Assembly (NCBI GenBank): GCA_038087875.1
Contig: JAXLNO010000395.1
Coordinates: 62,001 to 126,000, forward strand
Direction of reading: 5' to 3'
DNA from: Malacoraja senta
Taxonomy: Eukaryota
Length of the DNA stretch: 64,000 nucleotides
Part shown: positions 25,350-37,782 of the stretch, piece by piece
Layout: every line of letters starts with the position of its first letter
Position numbering within the stretch: position 1 is the stretch's first letter
The notes under the pieces: generated by a model
What the model was told of the DNA's origin: nothing
Seen by the model: the letters and a program-made list of their open reading frames with translations, nothing else
Database searches by the model: none
Translations under genes and position numbers: made by a program

Positions 25350-25493
25350 GTGTGGTGGGCAACCATTTGCTGAACATCTCCGCGCAGTCCGCCCTACACA
25401 ATCTCCCAGTTGCCAAACATTTTAACACCCCTTCCCAATCCCATACTGACCTTTCTGTCCAGGGCCCCCTCCACTGTCAGAATGAGGCCACAT
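25350..25493 (+). mobile_element. Penelope-like element GIY-YIG C-terminal fragment (continues at 29471-~29600)
   Basis: Joined across the L1 insertion it reads LPVAKHFNTPSQSHTDLSVQGPLHCQNEATCKLEEHHLIF. Confidence 0.75.
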
Positions 25494-28400
25494 CGGGGAA
25501 GGAGATAAGGGGAGTGTATATAAAATTGATTAAATAAATTTAAACCAGTTTAAGGGAAATGAACTAATATTGATGATATAATCTAATATATAGTAATTAA
25601 CTAAAATGTTCATAATAATACTAACAAAATATTACTGTGTGTGAAGGAGGCAGGAGCATCATACACTTGGAAAAGATCCAGATGCTTGGCTTTGTTTAAC
25701 CCCTAGGAACCTGCTTGTACTAAAGATAAAGAATGGGATAGAATGTAATAACTTTGGGTGGATAATTTTTAATTTACATACGGTAACGTTTAGAATAGAT
25801 TAATGTTAGATAAATTGGAAATGCATATATATTTATAGAATTGAACATACGTTATGGGTTTTTTTTGTGGTTTTTTTTATCTCTCTTTCTGAATTTTCTT
25901 CTGTTTTTATTTGCTCTGGTTGGATAAATTTAAAAATATATATATATATATATATGAAACGGTCCGCAGCCTTTCACGAGACTCTGTTAAGGGGATGGAG
26001 CTCAATGTACAACAACATCAACGGAAGTCCATAAATGTTTCGCCACCTTAGGTGGCTTCTCGTTTTTAAGGTATCTTCTCTTAGATACCTTAACATCACT
26101 TTAAAAAAAAAAATCACTATCAAGATTCTTATTTGTTATTTTTTTTAATTAATTTCACAACACATTCTTTCTTTTTTTTCTTATTAAGGTACTATAGTGG
26201 AAGGAGATGTAACATAAATTTAAAAGTTCGGGACGACCACCCAACACCCAGAGCTCTGAGGTATTTGGTTGCACCATATGAGCCAAAAACATTAAACTGA
26301 TCTATAATGCAAGACGATAGACAAATAAAGAATGGAGGAATTACACTCTGCAGTTGGAATATAAGGGGTGCCAATGAACCAATTAAGAGGGGTAAGATTT
26401 CTGCCCAATTAAAATCATTAAATTCTAACATAATGTTTTTGCAGGAAACACACATGAAACAACAAACACAGATGAGATTGAAGGCAAACTGGATAGGTCA
26501 AACATATTATTCTTAATTTACTTCTAAATCTAGAGGTACGGCTATTATTATTCGGAAAGGTATACCTTTTAAATTAAAGAATACTATTTCAGATAAAGAG
26601 GGAAGGTATATTATAGTTTCGGGAGAAATTTATTCAACCCCACTGACTATGATAAATATTTACGCTCCGAATTTTGACAACCCCCAATTTTTAAATAAAA
26701 TTATAGATATAATATCAGAGTTTAATTACCAAAATGTAATAATAGGGGGGTCTTCAATTGCGTTTTAGATCCATATTTAGACAAATCAGTAAAACAAAGG
26801 AGGGGTAATTTAAAATCTAAGACTAGTGAACTTCTAAATACATATATAATAAATACTAATATAACAGATGTATGGAGAACTGCTAATCCAACTGGAAGGG
26901 AATATTCGTTTTACTCATTGGTACATAAAATTTATTCACGAATTGATTATTTTTTTGTGGATACAAAATTAACTCCATATACAATCAATCCTAAATACCA
27001 CAATAGTATTATTTCCGATCACTCCCCAGTTGAATTTTCTATTAAAATTTGAGGGAATGCCGGGTAAAAAATCTTGCTGGAGGTTTAACACACAAATCCT
27101 TAACAACCCACAAGGTTATAAATATTTAAAACAACAAATTACATTTTTTTTTTTTAGACAAATGAAACACCAGGTATTTCACCTTCTTTTCTATGGGAAA
27201 CTTTCAAGGCATTTATCAGAGGAGTTATAATCTCATATCAAATCTTTCAAAATAAAAAGAATAAGACAGAACAACTGATGCTAGAACAAGAAATTAGACA
27301 ATTAGAGTTAGATAATGACAAAGATCCAACTACAGATAAACATAATAAGATAGATAGATAGATAGATAGATTCCTTTATTGTCATTCAGACCTTTCGGTC
27401 TGAACGAAATTATGTTGCCTGCAGTCATACACAGAACCAATAATAACAAAACATACAATAAACACAAATTAAACATCCACCACAGTGAGTTCACCAAGCA
27501 CACCCTCACTGTGATGGAGGCAAAGTCTTAGTCTCCGTCTCTTCCCTCCTTGTTCTCCCTCTGCGCTGAGGCGATCGATCCAGGCTGAAGATGCCACCCT
27601 CCAGTCCAGCGGACCTCCGTGGTGATGTCTCCGCTCCGAGACGGCCCACCACAGTCTCCGCTCCAGGCCGCCGCCCCAGCTCCGGGCCGCTGCCCCAGCT
27701 CCGGGTCCCGCAGTCTCCGCTCCAGGCCTGGAGATAATACTATTGAAATTTAAACTTAATCGAATTTTATCGGCAAGAGTAAGATTATTCCAAATTACAA
27801 GACAGGAACATTTTGAATTTGGTGACAAGCCACATAAACTCTTAGCACGTCAATTGAAAAAACAAGAAAAGGAAAATACTATCACTAAAATTAAATCAGA
27901 GAAAGGTGAATTACTAACATTACCTAAGGATAGAATAGAATTCAAAGAAAACACTTGTGTAAACCAAAAGACGTTGGGGGACTTTCACTTCTGACCTTTT
28001 TATATTATTATTGGGCTGTGCATATTAAGAATATAATTTATTGGTTGGACAGTTCTATCCAACAGACAGAATGGATAAGAATGGAGAAAGAGGATTGTTC
28101 TCCTTGCAACATGGGAGCGATCCTCTTCTCCCCGATAAAACTGAACAACACAATATATAAGAATAACCCGATTATACATAATACAATAAGAATTTGGAAA
28201 CAAATAAAATTATCTTTAAAATTAAGAAACCTATCATTGTTAATGCCAATAGTGAATAATCCTTCATTTAAACCATCTCTTATTGATAAAACATATAATC
28301 AATGGGAAAGAATGGGAATTAAAATGATCGGTGATATGTATGAAATGGGAAAGCTGTTATCATTCCAACAATTACAATTAAAATTTAAACTGAAAAATAA

Positions 28401-29470
28401 CCAATATTTTAAATATCTTCAGATCTGCGACTTCATGAAGAAATACATACAAAGATATCAAAATATAACTTTAGATCCACTGGAAGAAGCAATGAATATT
28501 AAGGCTGACTCACAGAAATTAATATTATACTTATATAATAGTATTCTAAATATAGAATTACCATCGACAGAGGCACTTAGAGAAGATTGGGAACGAGAAT
28601 TAATGATAAAAATTGCGAAGGAAACATGGGAAAAGTATTTGATATATATACACAAATGTTCGATTAATGTAAGACATAATTTAATTCAATTAAAAATTTT
28701 ACATAGATTATATTATTCAAAAACTCGACTGAATAAATTCTATCCAAATACTTCCCCCATTTGTGATAAATGTCTATCCCAAAATGCAACTATAACACAC
28801 TCTTTTGTTTCCTGCATAAAACTTTATAAATTCTGGTGATATTTTGAAATATTTACAAAATTATTCAAGATTAAAATGGAACCTAATACTGAAATGATTA
28901 TATTTGGAGTAACGGAAGACGGGAACAAATTGAACTCATCTCAAAATTCATTTTTTAATTATGGGTTAATAATGTCAACAAAATTTATACTTAAATTTTG
29001 GAAAAATACACCCACACCAATGCTTAAAATGTGGATTTCAAACATGTTGGACACCGCACATCTTGAGGAAATGCGACTCCTCCTAATAGATAAATCAGCC
29101 CAATTCTTAATGAGTTGGTCTCCATTTATCGATTTTTTGGAAGCATATGGCGCAACAAAATCGTAGAAACTAACGGTTTTAGGACTGGGTGAAGGATGGT
29201 CAAGAATATAAATAACGATCTCCTTAATCTCTTACTTCCTACTCTTTTTCTTTCTCTTCTTTTCTTCACTTTCCCTCTTTCACCCTTTTTTCTTTTCACA
29301 CACCATATATCACACGTTTTTCTATCTTTTATTATCTATTCTCTCTTTTCCTCTTTCATTATAAAAAAAAATAAGAAGCTGTACATAAAATGTAACGTCA
29401 ATATATATTAGGCACCTTGGTGCCATATTACTGTACTTACTGCTAATAAAATAAAAATAAAAATAAAAAA
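25494..29470 (+). mobile_element. L1-clade LINE, 5'-truncated in the inter-ORF spacer, RT core deleted
   Basis: Endonuclease start at 26307 (SWNIRG..FLQETH), C-terminal ORF 27955-28839, A-rich tail at 29446-29470, and TSD GAATGAGGCCACAT (25480-25493 / 29471-29484). About 1.3 kb is missing at ~27930 relative to the 52-58 kb copy. Confidence 0.93.
27350..27732 (-). mobile_element. Non-autonomous retroposon with Rex/Babar-like tail, truncated
   Basis: (TATC)n tail plus TTCGTTCAGACCGAAAGGTCTGAATGACAATAAA. It is homologous to the 3' part of 43711-44560. Confidence 0.7.
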
Positions 29471-29616
29471 GAATGAGGCCACATGCAAATTGGAGGAACA
29501 TCACCTCATATTTTCGCTTGGGCAGCTTACAACCCAGATTTCTCTAACTTCAAGTAACCCTTGCATTCCCTCTCTCTCTATTTTTCTCCCACCCCAGTCC
29601 TCTTGCTAATTTCAAC

Positions 29617-29928
29617 GGTGGTCATGGTGGCGCAGTGGTAGAGTTGCTGCCTTACAGCGAATGCAGTGCCGGAGACTCGATTTCGATCTTGACTACGGGT
29701 GCTGTCTGTACAGAGTTTGTAGCATCTCCCCGTGAGCTGCGTGGGTTTTCTCTGTGTGCTCCGGTTTCCTCGCACACTCCAAAGACGTTTGCAGGTTAAT
29801 TGGCTTAGTAAATGTAAAAATTGTCCCTAGTGTTTAGGATAGTGTTAATATGCGGGGATCGCTGGTCGGCGCGGACCCGGTGGGCCGAAGGGCATGTTTC
29901 CACATTGTATCTCTAAACTAAACTAAAC
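29617..29928 (+). mobile_element. tRNA-derived V-SINE (HE1-like)
   Basis: A-box-like GGTGGCGCAGTGG, V-domain GTGGGTTTTCTC..TGCTCCGGTTTCCTC.CACA, CR1-like tail GGGCCGAAGGGC.TGTTTCC and (TAAAC)n. Confidence 0.85.
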
Positions 29929-30652
29929 ATTTGTATCCCTTCATTATCACCTCGTCCCCAGCCAACAATAGACCGTCTTTCCAGAGTCATCGATGCAATA
30001 GACAATAGGTGCAGGATTGGGCCATTTGGCCCTACGAGCCAGCACCACAAACCCCGCTTTGTTCTGTATCTTCTCATACCACTAGTTTCCTCGTCCCTGA
30101 CTCACAAAACATCATATATTCCTTTTCTCCATAGATGCTACCTGGACCCGCTGAGTTACTCCAGCATTTTGTGCCTATCTTAAGATCAGCCCTTATCCAT
30201 TCATCACAATCAAATACTTGTAGGAGTACTTGTAAGAGTACGAATACTTGTACTTAAAACAAATTTTTACTTAAAGTTTATTTTACCAAAGTTTGAGCCC
30301 TTCTATTACCTGGAACATCATTTTATTACAAGAGTAATTTACATTGTTGGAGTGCATTGTGTCTTCAGAGATTAACCAGAATAACACCAGTATAGTGGAT
30401 CAGATTCTGTATTCTGTTCTGAAGATGGCATGTTTTTCTGAGTGAGAAGACAATGTTAATCATGATGTTAACAAAGTTATTTCAAGTTATCAGAATAATA
30501 CAATCACAGAGTGTCACCAAATATCCTGTTAAACTCTCGTGGCAGCGTAACAAATGTGAGACAAATTTGGCTGATAGCATCACGAAAATATGTAATCACT
30601 TGTGAAAGTAAAATCTTAAACAAAAATCTCAAATGACCCAAGATGTTTGTAT

Positions 30653-30941
30653 AAGAAGGAACTGCAGATGCTGGAAAATCGAAGGTAGACAAAAATGCTG
30701 GAGAAACTCAGCGGGTGAGGCAGCATCTATGGAGCGAAGGAAATAGGCAACGTTTTGGGTCGTATCTGCTGTTCTGCTGCAAGTAAGAATGTCATTGTTC
30801 CATTTTGAGACATATGAGAATAAAACACTCTTGACAACCCTTGAGAGTCTGAAGAAGGGTCTCGACCCGAAAAGTCACCTATTCCTTCGCTCCATTGATC
30901 CTGCCTCACCCACTGAGTTTCTCCAGTATTTTTGTCTACCT
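30653..30941. mobile_element. Penelope-like inverted pLTR insertion with hammerhead-like core
   Basis: Inverted arms at 30677-30762 and 30865-30940, core CTGAAGAAGGGTCTCGACCCGAAA at 30849-30872, and a 13-bp TSD AAGATGTTTGTAT (30640-30652 / 30942-30954). Confidence 0.8.
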
Positions 30942-31354
30942 AAGATGTTTGTATGCTGAGACAGGATTAAACTGACAGTAAACTCGTTTTAATAACACTG
31001 TACTTTGGTACACATGACAATAAACTAAACTGTAACTGTTATCTTCAAAAAAGGCTGTGCAAATTAAGTTCATAGTAGTAGTCCACCAGTCTCTGAACAA
31101 CACAATGATTTTTAGGGTGTTTTATTTACCCTAAGACTGAACAAAGAAATCTATAGGACTAAATAGGAAAGTAGGCATATTGCATATAGGCATATATAGA
31201 CTCGAAACCTAGACCAAAAACGTGATAGTGGATAAACAATGAAAAAATATTGATGTTTTAGCTGCAGTCCTAATAGCACATGTTAGGAAGTAGGAGATTT
31301 CCAGATTTCCTAGATTGATGCTCAGGCTCCCAGGGTTAAGTTAGAAGAAACTTA

Positions 31355-33760
31355 AAGCCCTATTACACTGTGCGAGCTGACCCACGAGGTACCCCGAGTG
31401 AAAGACTCGTGGTTGCGTACGTGACTACAAGTTTATGATCCAGAGTTTAACCGAGTACCCACGGGTATGTCTAAGTTTGCCGTTTACTTCTCATTTCTGC
31501 GATGTTCAAAGTTCGTCTCCCGAGTGTACCAAGTTCCTCTCCCGTTAACCTTGAGGCAACAATGTATATCGACGTGTTTCTCAGCTGAATTAGTATATAG
31601 TGGAAATACTTTTATTTGTGCTTCATTTGTTGATTTGCATGTTTGAGAAGCCCTTTTTCAGAGCACTGTGTTGTTTGCTGTGGTGCTCCTTTTCTCAATA
31701 TGTGCAAAAAAGCGTTTTTTATATTGAAGAAGATGAATAAAGACTTTCACATTCACCGTGCTGTTTGTCTTATTTTCTGATCTACTGAGAGGGGACAATT
31801 TTAAACATTTAAAAAGCACAGCATATGAGGCAGCTGAGTCCTTAACTCTCATAAATGATTGTGAGAATCAAGATGTGAATATATTTTGCCTTCCTTTATT
31901 TTGTGTTTTATGATGAAAGGAATGTTACATTCAAGTCTTGAGACTTTGTAGTGATATTAAAATGAAGACTTCCAGACATCAATTTGATCTTGATAGCAAA
32001 GAACTCTCTTTTATTGTGCAATGAGGTAAACAAACAGTGAGAATCAAACGGATCAGTAAAAAGCTTTTCAACACTTTAAGCTATTAGTAAAAGTGGGAGT
32101 ATCCAAAATATACTAAAATATGATCAAACAGGCAGAAAACAACATATACAGTTAAGAATGAACATCAGAGGGATAACGGAACTAATCTCCCAGGTCTGTC
32201 CCTTCATCAAATGGTGATTCTGCTCCACTAAGACGGACGTCTCCATATTCAGATTGCAAAGCAGCTAACGCAGCAGGCTGCAGCTCTGTATAACTGAGTG
32301 GTGATGGATGGTGTCTCTGAAAAATAAGTTTGAAGTACATATTTTTCAAAGTCTCTCATAGGAAACAATGAGCGTATAGAGCCCAGGGAGAGGGGGAGAA
32401 AGGGACGTACACTCACAGAGGCAGAGTCTCTCAGCCTGTGTGAGAGGGAGGGAGGGAGAGAGAAACACACACACAAGCTGGATGTGAAATCTCACCTACC
32501 TGTTTCAGTGACAGGCACCCGCAGCCAGTGAATGAAGACACCCCCATCTGTCTCCCACTCCTCTCCCTCCACTCTCCACCCCCTCTCCTCCACCCCACCC
32601 CCCTCACCCCCCCTCCCCCAATTTGGAAATGTCATCCCAGCACCCATTCCTTCTCTCCAGAGATGCTGCCTGCCCGCTGTTAAAGAGTTCCCACTTGCAG
32701 CAGCATAACAGGCCAGTAACACAATACTCATAGATAATATACTAAACAAAGAAAATATATATTAAAAAATCCAGTATTATTGCAAAAATCCCAAAGTCCT
32801 TAGTGCAACCAAGGCAGTTTGTAGTTCATAGTTTAGTTAGCATTTGTAGCATTCAAGAGCCCGATGGTTGTTGGGAAGAAGCTGTTCTTGAACCTGGAGG
32901 TCATGGTTTTCATATTCTTATACCTTCTGCTCAGCAGGAATGAAATGAGAGCATGGCCAGGGTAGTGTGGGTCCATGACAATGCTGGCTGCCTTTTTGAG
33001 GCAGCACCTCATATAGAACCCTTTGATTCAGTAAAGTTCAGTAAAGAGATCGGGAATCTGGCATCATGGCTTGAGAATAAAACCCAGCCTTTAACATCCG
33101 CATAATGAAAGAGTTGGTGTTGTCCTACGGAACAGGGGTGAAGGAGAGGTGAACACAACCCTGTCTTCTTCAACGGCACTGGTAGAGATGGCTTCTGGAC
33201 GTGACTGGCAAACCTCAGATTAGGCTGCCATGAAGTGTCATAAAATGTTCTCACGCTGTTCCTCAATACTGGTTTGTCTTAAGGTTGTGAGCTCAGTCCC
33301 AAATACACAAAATGTATATATAAACTTCAAGCAATTTTTTCTTTTCAACCCACTCTGTCACCTTGTCAATAACTTTTAGTTTGTTAAGCAGAATTTGTCT
33401 TTAAAAAGTCTAAGTAACTGATATTTCTGTCCCTGATTATTGTTTCTAAAAAGAGTTCCCATGGTAGAATCACGAGTCACAAAGGTAAACGCACAGGCCA
33501 CTACGTTCTTACAACGAGTTGAAATGTTTCAAATTTTAACCTCAAGAGCACATTTTACTCGTGGAAAAGTTCAAACAAGTTTGAACTTTTTCAAGAGTTA
33601 ACAAGTTTCACGGGTACCTGCCGTTAGCGCCACGAGTCGCTAAGTTGCGTCCACGAGTTCCGACGTTCCCGCTACGTTAATTGTACGTGATTACCACGAG
33701 TTAAATTTGTTTTAAACTCGGGGTATCTCGTGGGTCAGCTCGCACAGTGTAACAGGGGTT
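31355..33760 (+). mobile_element. Non-autonomous PIF/Harbinger element with both TIRs
   Basis: ~45-bp TIRs (AAGCCCTATTACACTGTGCGAGCTGACCCACGAGGTACCCCGAGT / ACTCGGGGTATCTCGTGGGTCAGCTCGCACAGTGTAACAGGGGTT) with TTA/TAA flanks. It is homologous to 2141-3733, which carries the transposase remnant. Confidence 0.85.
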
Positions 33761-34655
33761 TAAACAAGGAGTGTTAAGTGTAGGATTATAGTGGTTTGAT
33801 TAAAACTTTCAAGTTATTAAGGGAAATAATGTCATCGATAGAGAATTGGAAGTCTAAGACAAAGTGTCACATTCCAAATTTCAGAGGATGATGTATTAGA
33901 AGTAACAATGAAATAACTGTGCAAATAATTGTGGAAGTTTGGAACTCTGAGCCATAAATGACAAATAATTCTAGTAAATTATTAAGTCTAAATCTGGGAT
34001 CAATGGATTTTTCTCATCAAAGGATTTTGATGGGTATAAAAAAAATTGAGCAAATGAAGTCACAGCTATTCTCAGTTTAGGTTTCAAGGCCAAACAGCTT
34101 ACTTTTGATTCTAATGTCTAATTGATTCTAATTGATTCTGAACAATTGTGAGTTTAAGGAACAAAAACGAATCTGGAAAAGTATGCCTGAGTATATCAGA
34201 ATTAATTGAAGTCTGAACAGGAAGTCAGTAGTAACACAAGCTTTGCGTAAAAAAAGGAAGAACTTAGCAAATGTAAATGCCAGTCATTTACTGCAGAGCT
34301 GGGGGAAATGAGAAAATAAATGCCAGAGACATTAAAAAGATCTTGCATCTGGCTTTATGGCAGAAGACAAAAGCATTCTGTACTTAGTGGTAAATCCAGT
34401 AATTAATGAGAATGATTCCCTCGAAGAAATTGGAACTGGTAACAGAAAATAGTGGTTTAATGAAACTATAAGTCAAAATCTCTGAAGCTAATAGCTTGCA
34501 CCTTTGGGATTTGAAAGAAGGGGCAGAGACTTTCCAAAATAATGCTGTTCACAAACTGGAAAGTACTTATTTTATCCTAATATCAGGAAAAGAGGAAGAT
34601 TTTTAAAAAGACGTAGGCAAACTAGCATAACAAGTTCACAAGTTCACGTTATAGG

Positions 34656-36380
34656 ACTCCTTTTACGCTCGTTTCGAGACGGACAACATCACCCCAGGTC
34701 TGCCGACTAACAACAATACCACCAGCGTGCTGGCTATCGAAGCTGAAGGGAGGAATGTGCACACATTCTCGTTGTCCGAGCACGACGTGAGGAGGGCTCT
34801 GACACGGGTGAACACGAGGAAAGCTGCAGGCCCAGATGGCATCTCAGGGCGAGTACTTAAGTCCTGTGCTACGCAGCTAGCTCTGGTGCTCACTACAATA
34901 TTCAACCTCTCCCTGGCCAAGTCTGTGGTCCCTGCCTGCTTCAAAAGATCCACCATTGTACCGGTACCTAAAAATGCCTCCCCAGCCTGTCTGAATGACT
35001 ACCGTCTGGTGGCCCTCACCTCGGTAGTCATGAAATGCTTTGAGAGGCTGGTCAAGAAACACATCTGCACCTTCCTCCCTCGCAACATGGACCTGCTACA
35101 ATTCGCATACCGTCTGAACAGATCCACGCATGATGCGGTCTCCCAGGTTCTGCACACCACTCTCTCTCACCTTGACAGCCAGAAGGGGGGCTATGTGAGG
35201 ATGCTTTTCATAGACTTCAGTTCAGCCTTCAACACCATAGTCCCCACCAGACTGGCCGAGAAGCTGCTGAAATTGGGGCTCAACACCCCCCTGTGTGCCT
35301 GGGTCCTGAACTTTCTCACCACCAGGCCCCAGGTCGTCAAGATGGGGGGAAATACATCGACGTCCCTCACCCTGAGCACAGGATCCCCCCAGGGTTGCCT
35401 CCTCAGCCCCCCTACTGTACTCCCTGTACACACATGACTGTGTGGCCAGGTTCAGCTCCAACTCGATAATCAAGTTTGCTGATGACACTGTGGTGGTGGG
35501 CCTGATCTCAGATAACGATGAGAAGCCCTACCGTGAGGAGGTGGCTGATCTGGCACTCTGGTGTCAGGACAACAGCCTCCTCTTGAATATGAAAAAAGCT
35601 AAGGAGCTGATCGTGGACTTTAGGAGGGCACATCATCCGAGGACATACACACCATTAAAGATAAATCGGGCTACTGTGGATAGGGTGAGCTGTTTTAAAT
35701 ACCTGGGAGTCCACATCTCTGAGGATATGACATGGACATCACATGCTGCAGCACTCGTGAATAAGGCAAGGCAGCGCCTTTACCACCTCAGGCAATTGAG
35801 GAAATTCAGAGTGTCTCTGAGGATCCTCCAGTGCTCTACTCAGCGGCTGTGGAAAGCATCTTGTCTGGAAATACCACGATTTGGTTTGGGAATTGCTCTG
35901 CCCAGGACAAGAAGGCTCTGCAGAGAGTAGTGCGTTTGGCCGAACGCACTATGGGAACTTCACTCGCCCCTCTGCAGGAACTATACATCAGGAGGTGCAA
36001 CTCCAGGGCCAACAAAATCATGGGAGACCCCTTCCATCCCAGCAATGGACTGTTCCAGCTGCTACAGTCAGGCAAACACCTCCATTGCCATGCTGTGAGA
36101 ACGGAGAGGATGAGAGGAGTTTCTTCCCAGAGGCTATTAGGACTGTAAACTCCTCTCTCTCCAGGGACTGTACCATTTTACTGTTGTGTGGTGTCTTTTT
36201 AAAATTGCTGTTTTTTCCTTTTTCTTCCCTCCCACAAATATGTAATATGTGAATATGTGATTCTGTTCCATTCTGTTTGTAGTTTGTTTGTTTGGGTTTT
36301 TTTGCACAATTCGCGAGCATTGCCACTTTTCATTTCACTGCACATCTCGTATGTGTATGTGACGAATAAACTTGACAAAT
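34656..36380 (+). mobile_element. Rex1/Babar-clade LINE, 5'-truncated
   Basis: KAAGPDGISGRVLKSCA, LNDYRLVALTSVVMKCFERLV, LFIDFSSAFNTI, KFADDT, KYLGVHI, with frameshifts and an AATAAA near 36365. Confidence 0.92.
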
Positions 36381-37649
36381 AGACAACAAAAAAAAGTAGT
36401 AGAATTAGGCAATTGTAGGCAATTGTAGGCAAAAAGACGTAGGCAAATTAGCATAACAAGTTCACAAGTTATAGGAGTAGAATTAGGCCATGTGGCCCAT
36501 CGAGTCTACTCCGCCATGATCTCTGCCTCCTAATCCCATTTTCCTGCCTTCTCCCCATAACCCTTGACACCAGTTCTAATCAAGAATTTGTCTATCTCTG
36601 CCATCAGTGGTGGAGATAACATTATTAGGATAACATGGCTGGAATCAATGGCAAAATCTCCTTTTATACACATGATCAATGTCCTGGCACGTGACATGTT
36701 CTTCCTGTAAAATAAAAAAAATCACATTAATTCTGAGTTAATTATCACGCATGCTCAAATATTCTGTTTAATGCATTAATCATTACCACCCCCAAAGCTT
36801 TGAACAATATCAACTACACATATTGTAAAGAGTTCTTAATGCAGGAGAACGTGTGATGCTAATTTTCCAAACTGATCACAAAATTCTTGCTGTCAACCCC
36901 CATCATACTATGTTCAGATTTATTTTTGACAAGTCTGTTATTTCTTCAGGTTATAAACAGCAGGATTATTCTGGATGAATGAATGGGAAAGTTGTTTACA
37001 CAAAGAGTGATGAATGCTGGGGGTGGTTATGGAAGCTGATACTGGTTTTTAAGAGGCTTTTTACATAGGAACATAGATATGCATGGATATGAAAATGGAA
37101 GGTTATGGATCATATACAGACAGAGAAATATAGTTCAACTTAGCTTCGTATTTGGTATCGACTTTGTGGGCTGAAGGGCCTGTTCCTGTGTTTCCTCTTC
37201 TATCTTCTAAAGCCATGGTCCATGAACCTGTTGCATTTGGTCTTTCACAAAGCATTCAAAAGGGTGCAATGCAAGAGGTCATTACACAAATTAGAGCTCA
37301 TATTGTCTTAACTTAATGATCAGGTAAAGATTTGGTTGTATCATTTGATGCCCTTCAAGGTTGCAGTGTAAGAGATCTAGGTGTAGTAATGTGACCAAAG
37401 GCACATATTCTTTACCCTGAGCCTGTTGTTGCCAGACCTAGAGGCTTCAGTTAATGAAAATAGTTGATTATGATAAATTATGCAAAAAAGCAAAGACTTG
37501 GATTAAGATGGTGGTCTTTCATAACATTTTGACCCCTTAAATACCTGAGTGTGTAATAGCATGGAGATGGCTGTGGGGCCACAGAGCAGTTTAGCATCTC
37601 TGCAGAGGGAGGAAGATGAGTGAATAGCTTCCACCAGAAGATCCTTACT

Positions 37650-37782
37650 ATAGTGTGTAAGAAGGAACTGCAGATGCTGGTTTAAACTGGATAGGTACAA
37701 GAAGCTGAAGTAACTCAGCGGGACAGGCAGCATCTCTGGAGAGAAGGAATGGATGACATTTCTGGTCGAGACCCTTCTTCAG
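37650..37782 (-). mobile_element. Penelope-like terminal fragment with hammerhead-like core
   Basis: Minus strand reads CTGAAGAAGGGTCTCGACCAGAAATGTCATCCATTCCTTCTCTCCAGAGATGCTGCC. Confidence 0.75.

Noticed and set aside
29617..29700. tRNA gene
   Set aside because: The tRNA-like head runs into a V-domain and LINE-derived tail, so it is a SINE.
31352..33763. piggyBac or Kolobok assignment from TTAA flanks
   Set aside because: The homologous copy carries a Harbinger-type transposase tail and the TIR resembles the TTA-TSD MITE at 10218, so Harbinger is preferred. The exact TSD remains ambiguous.
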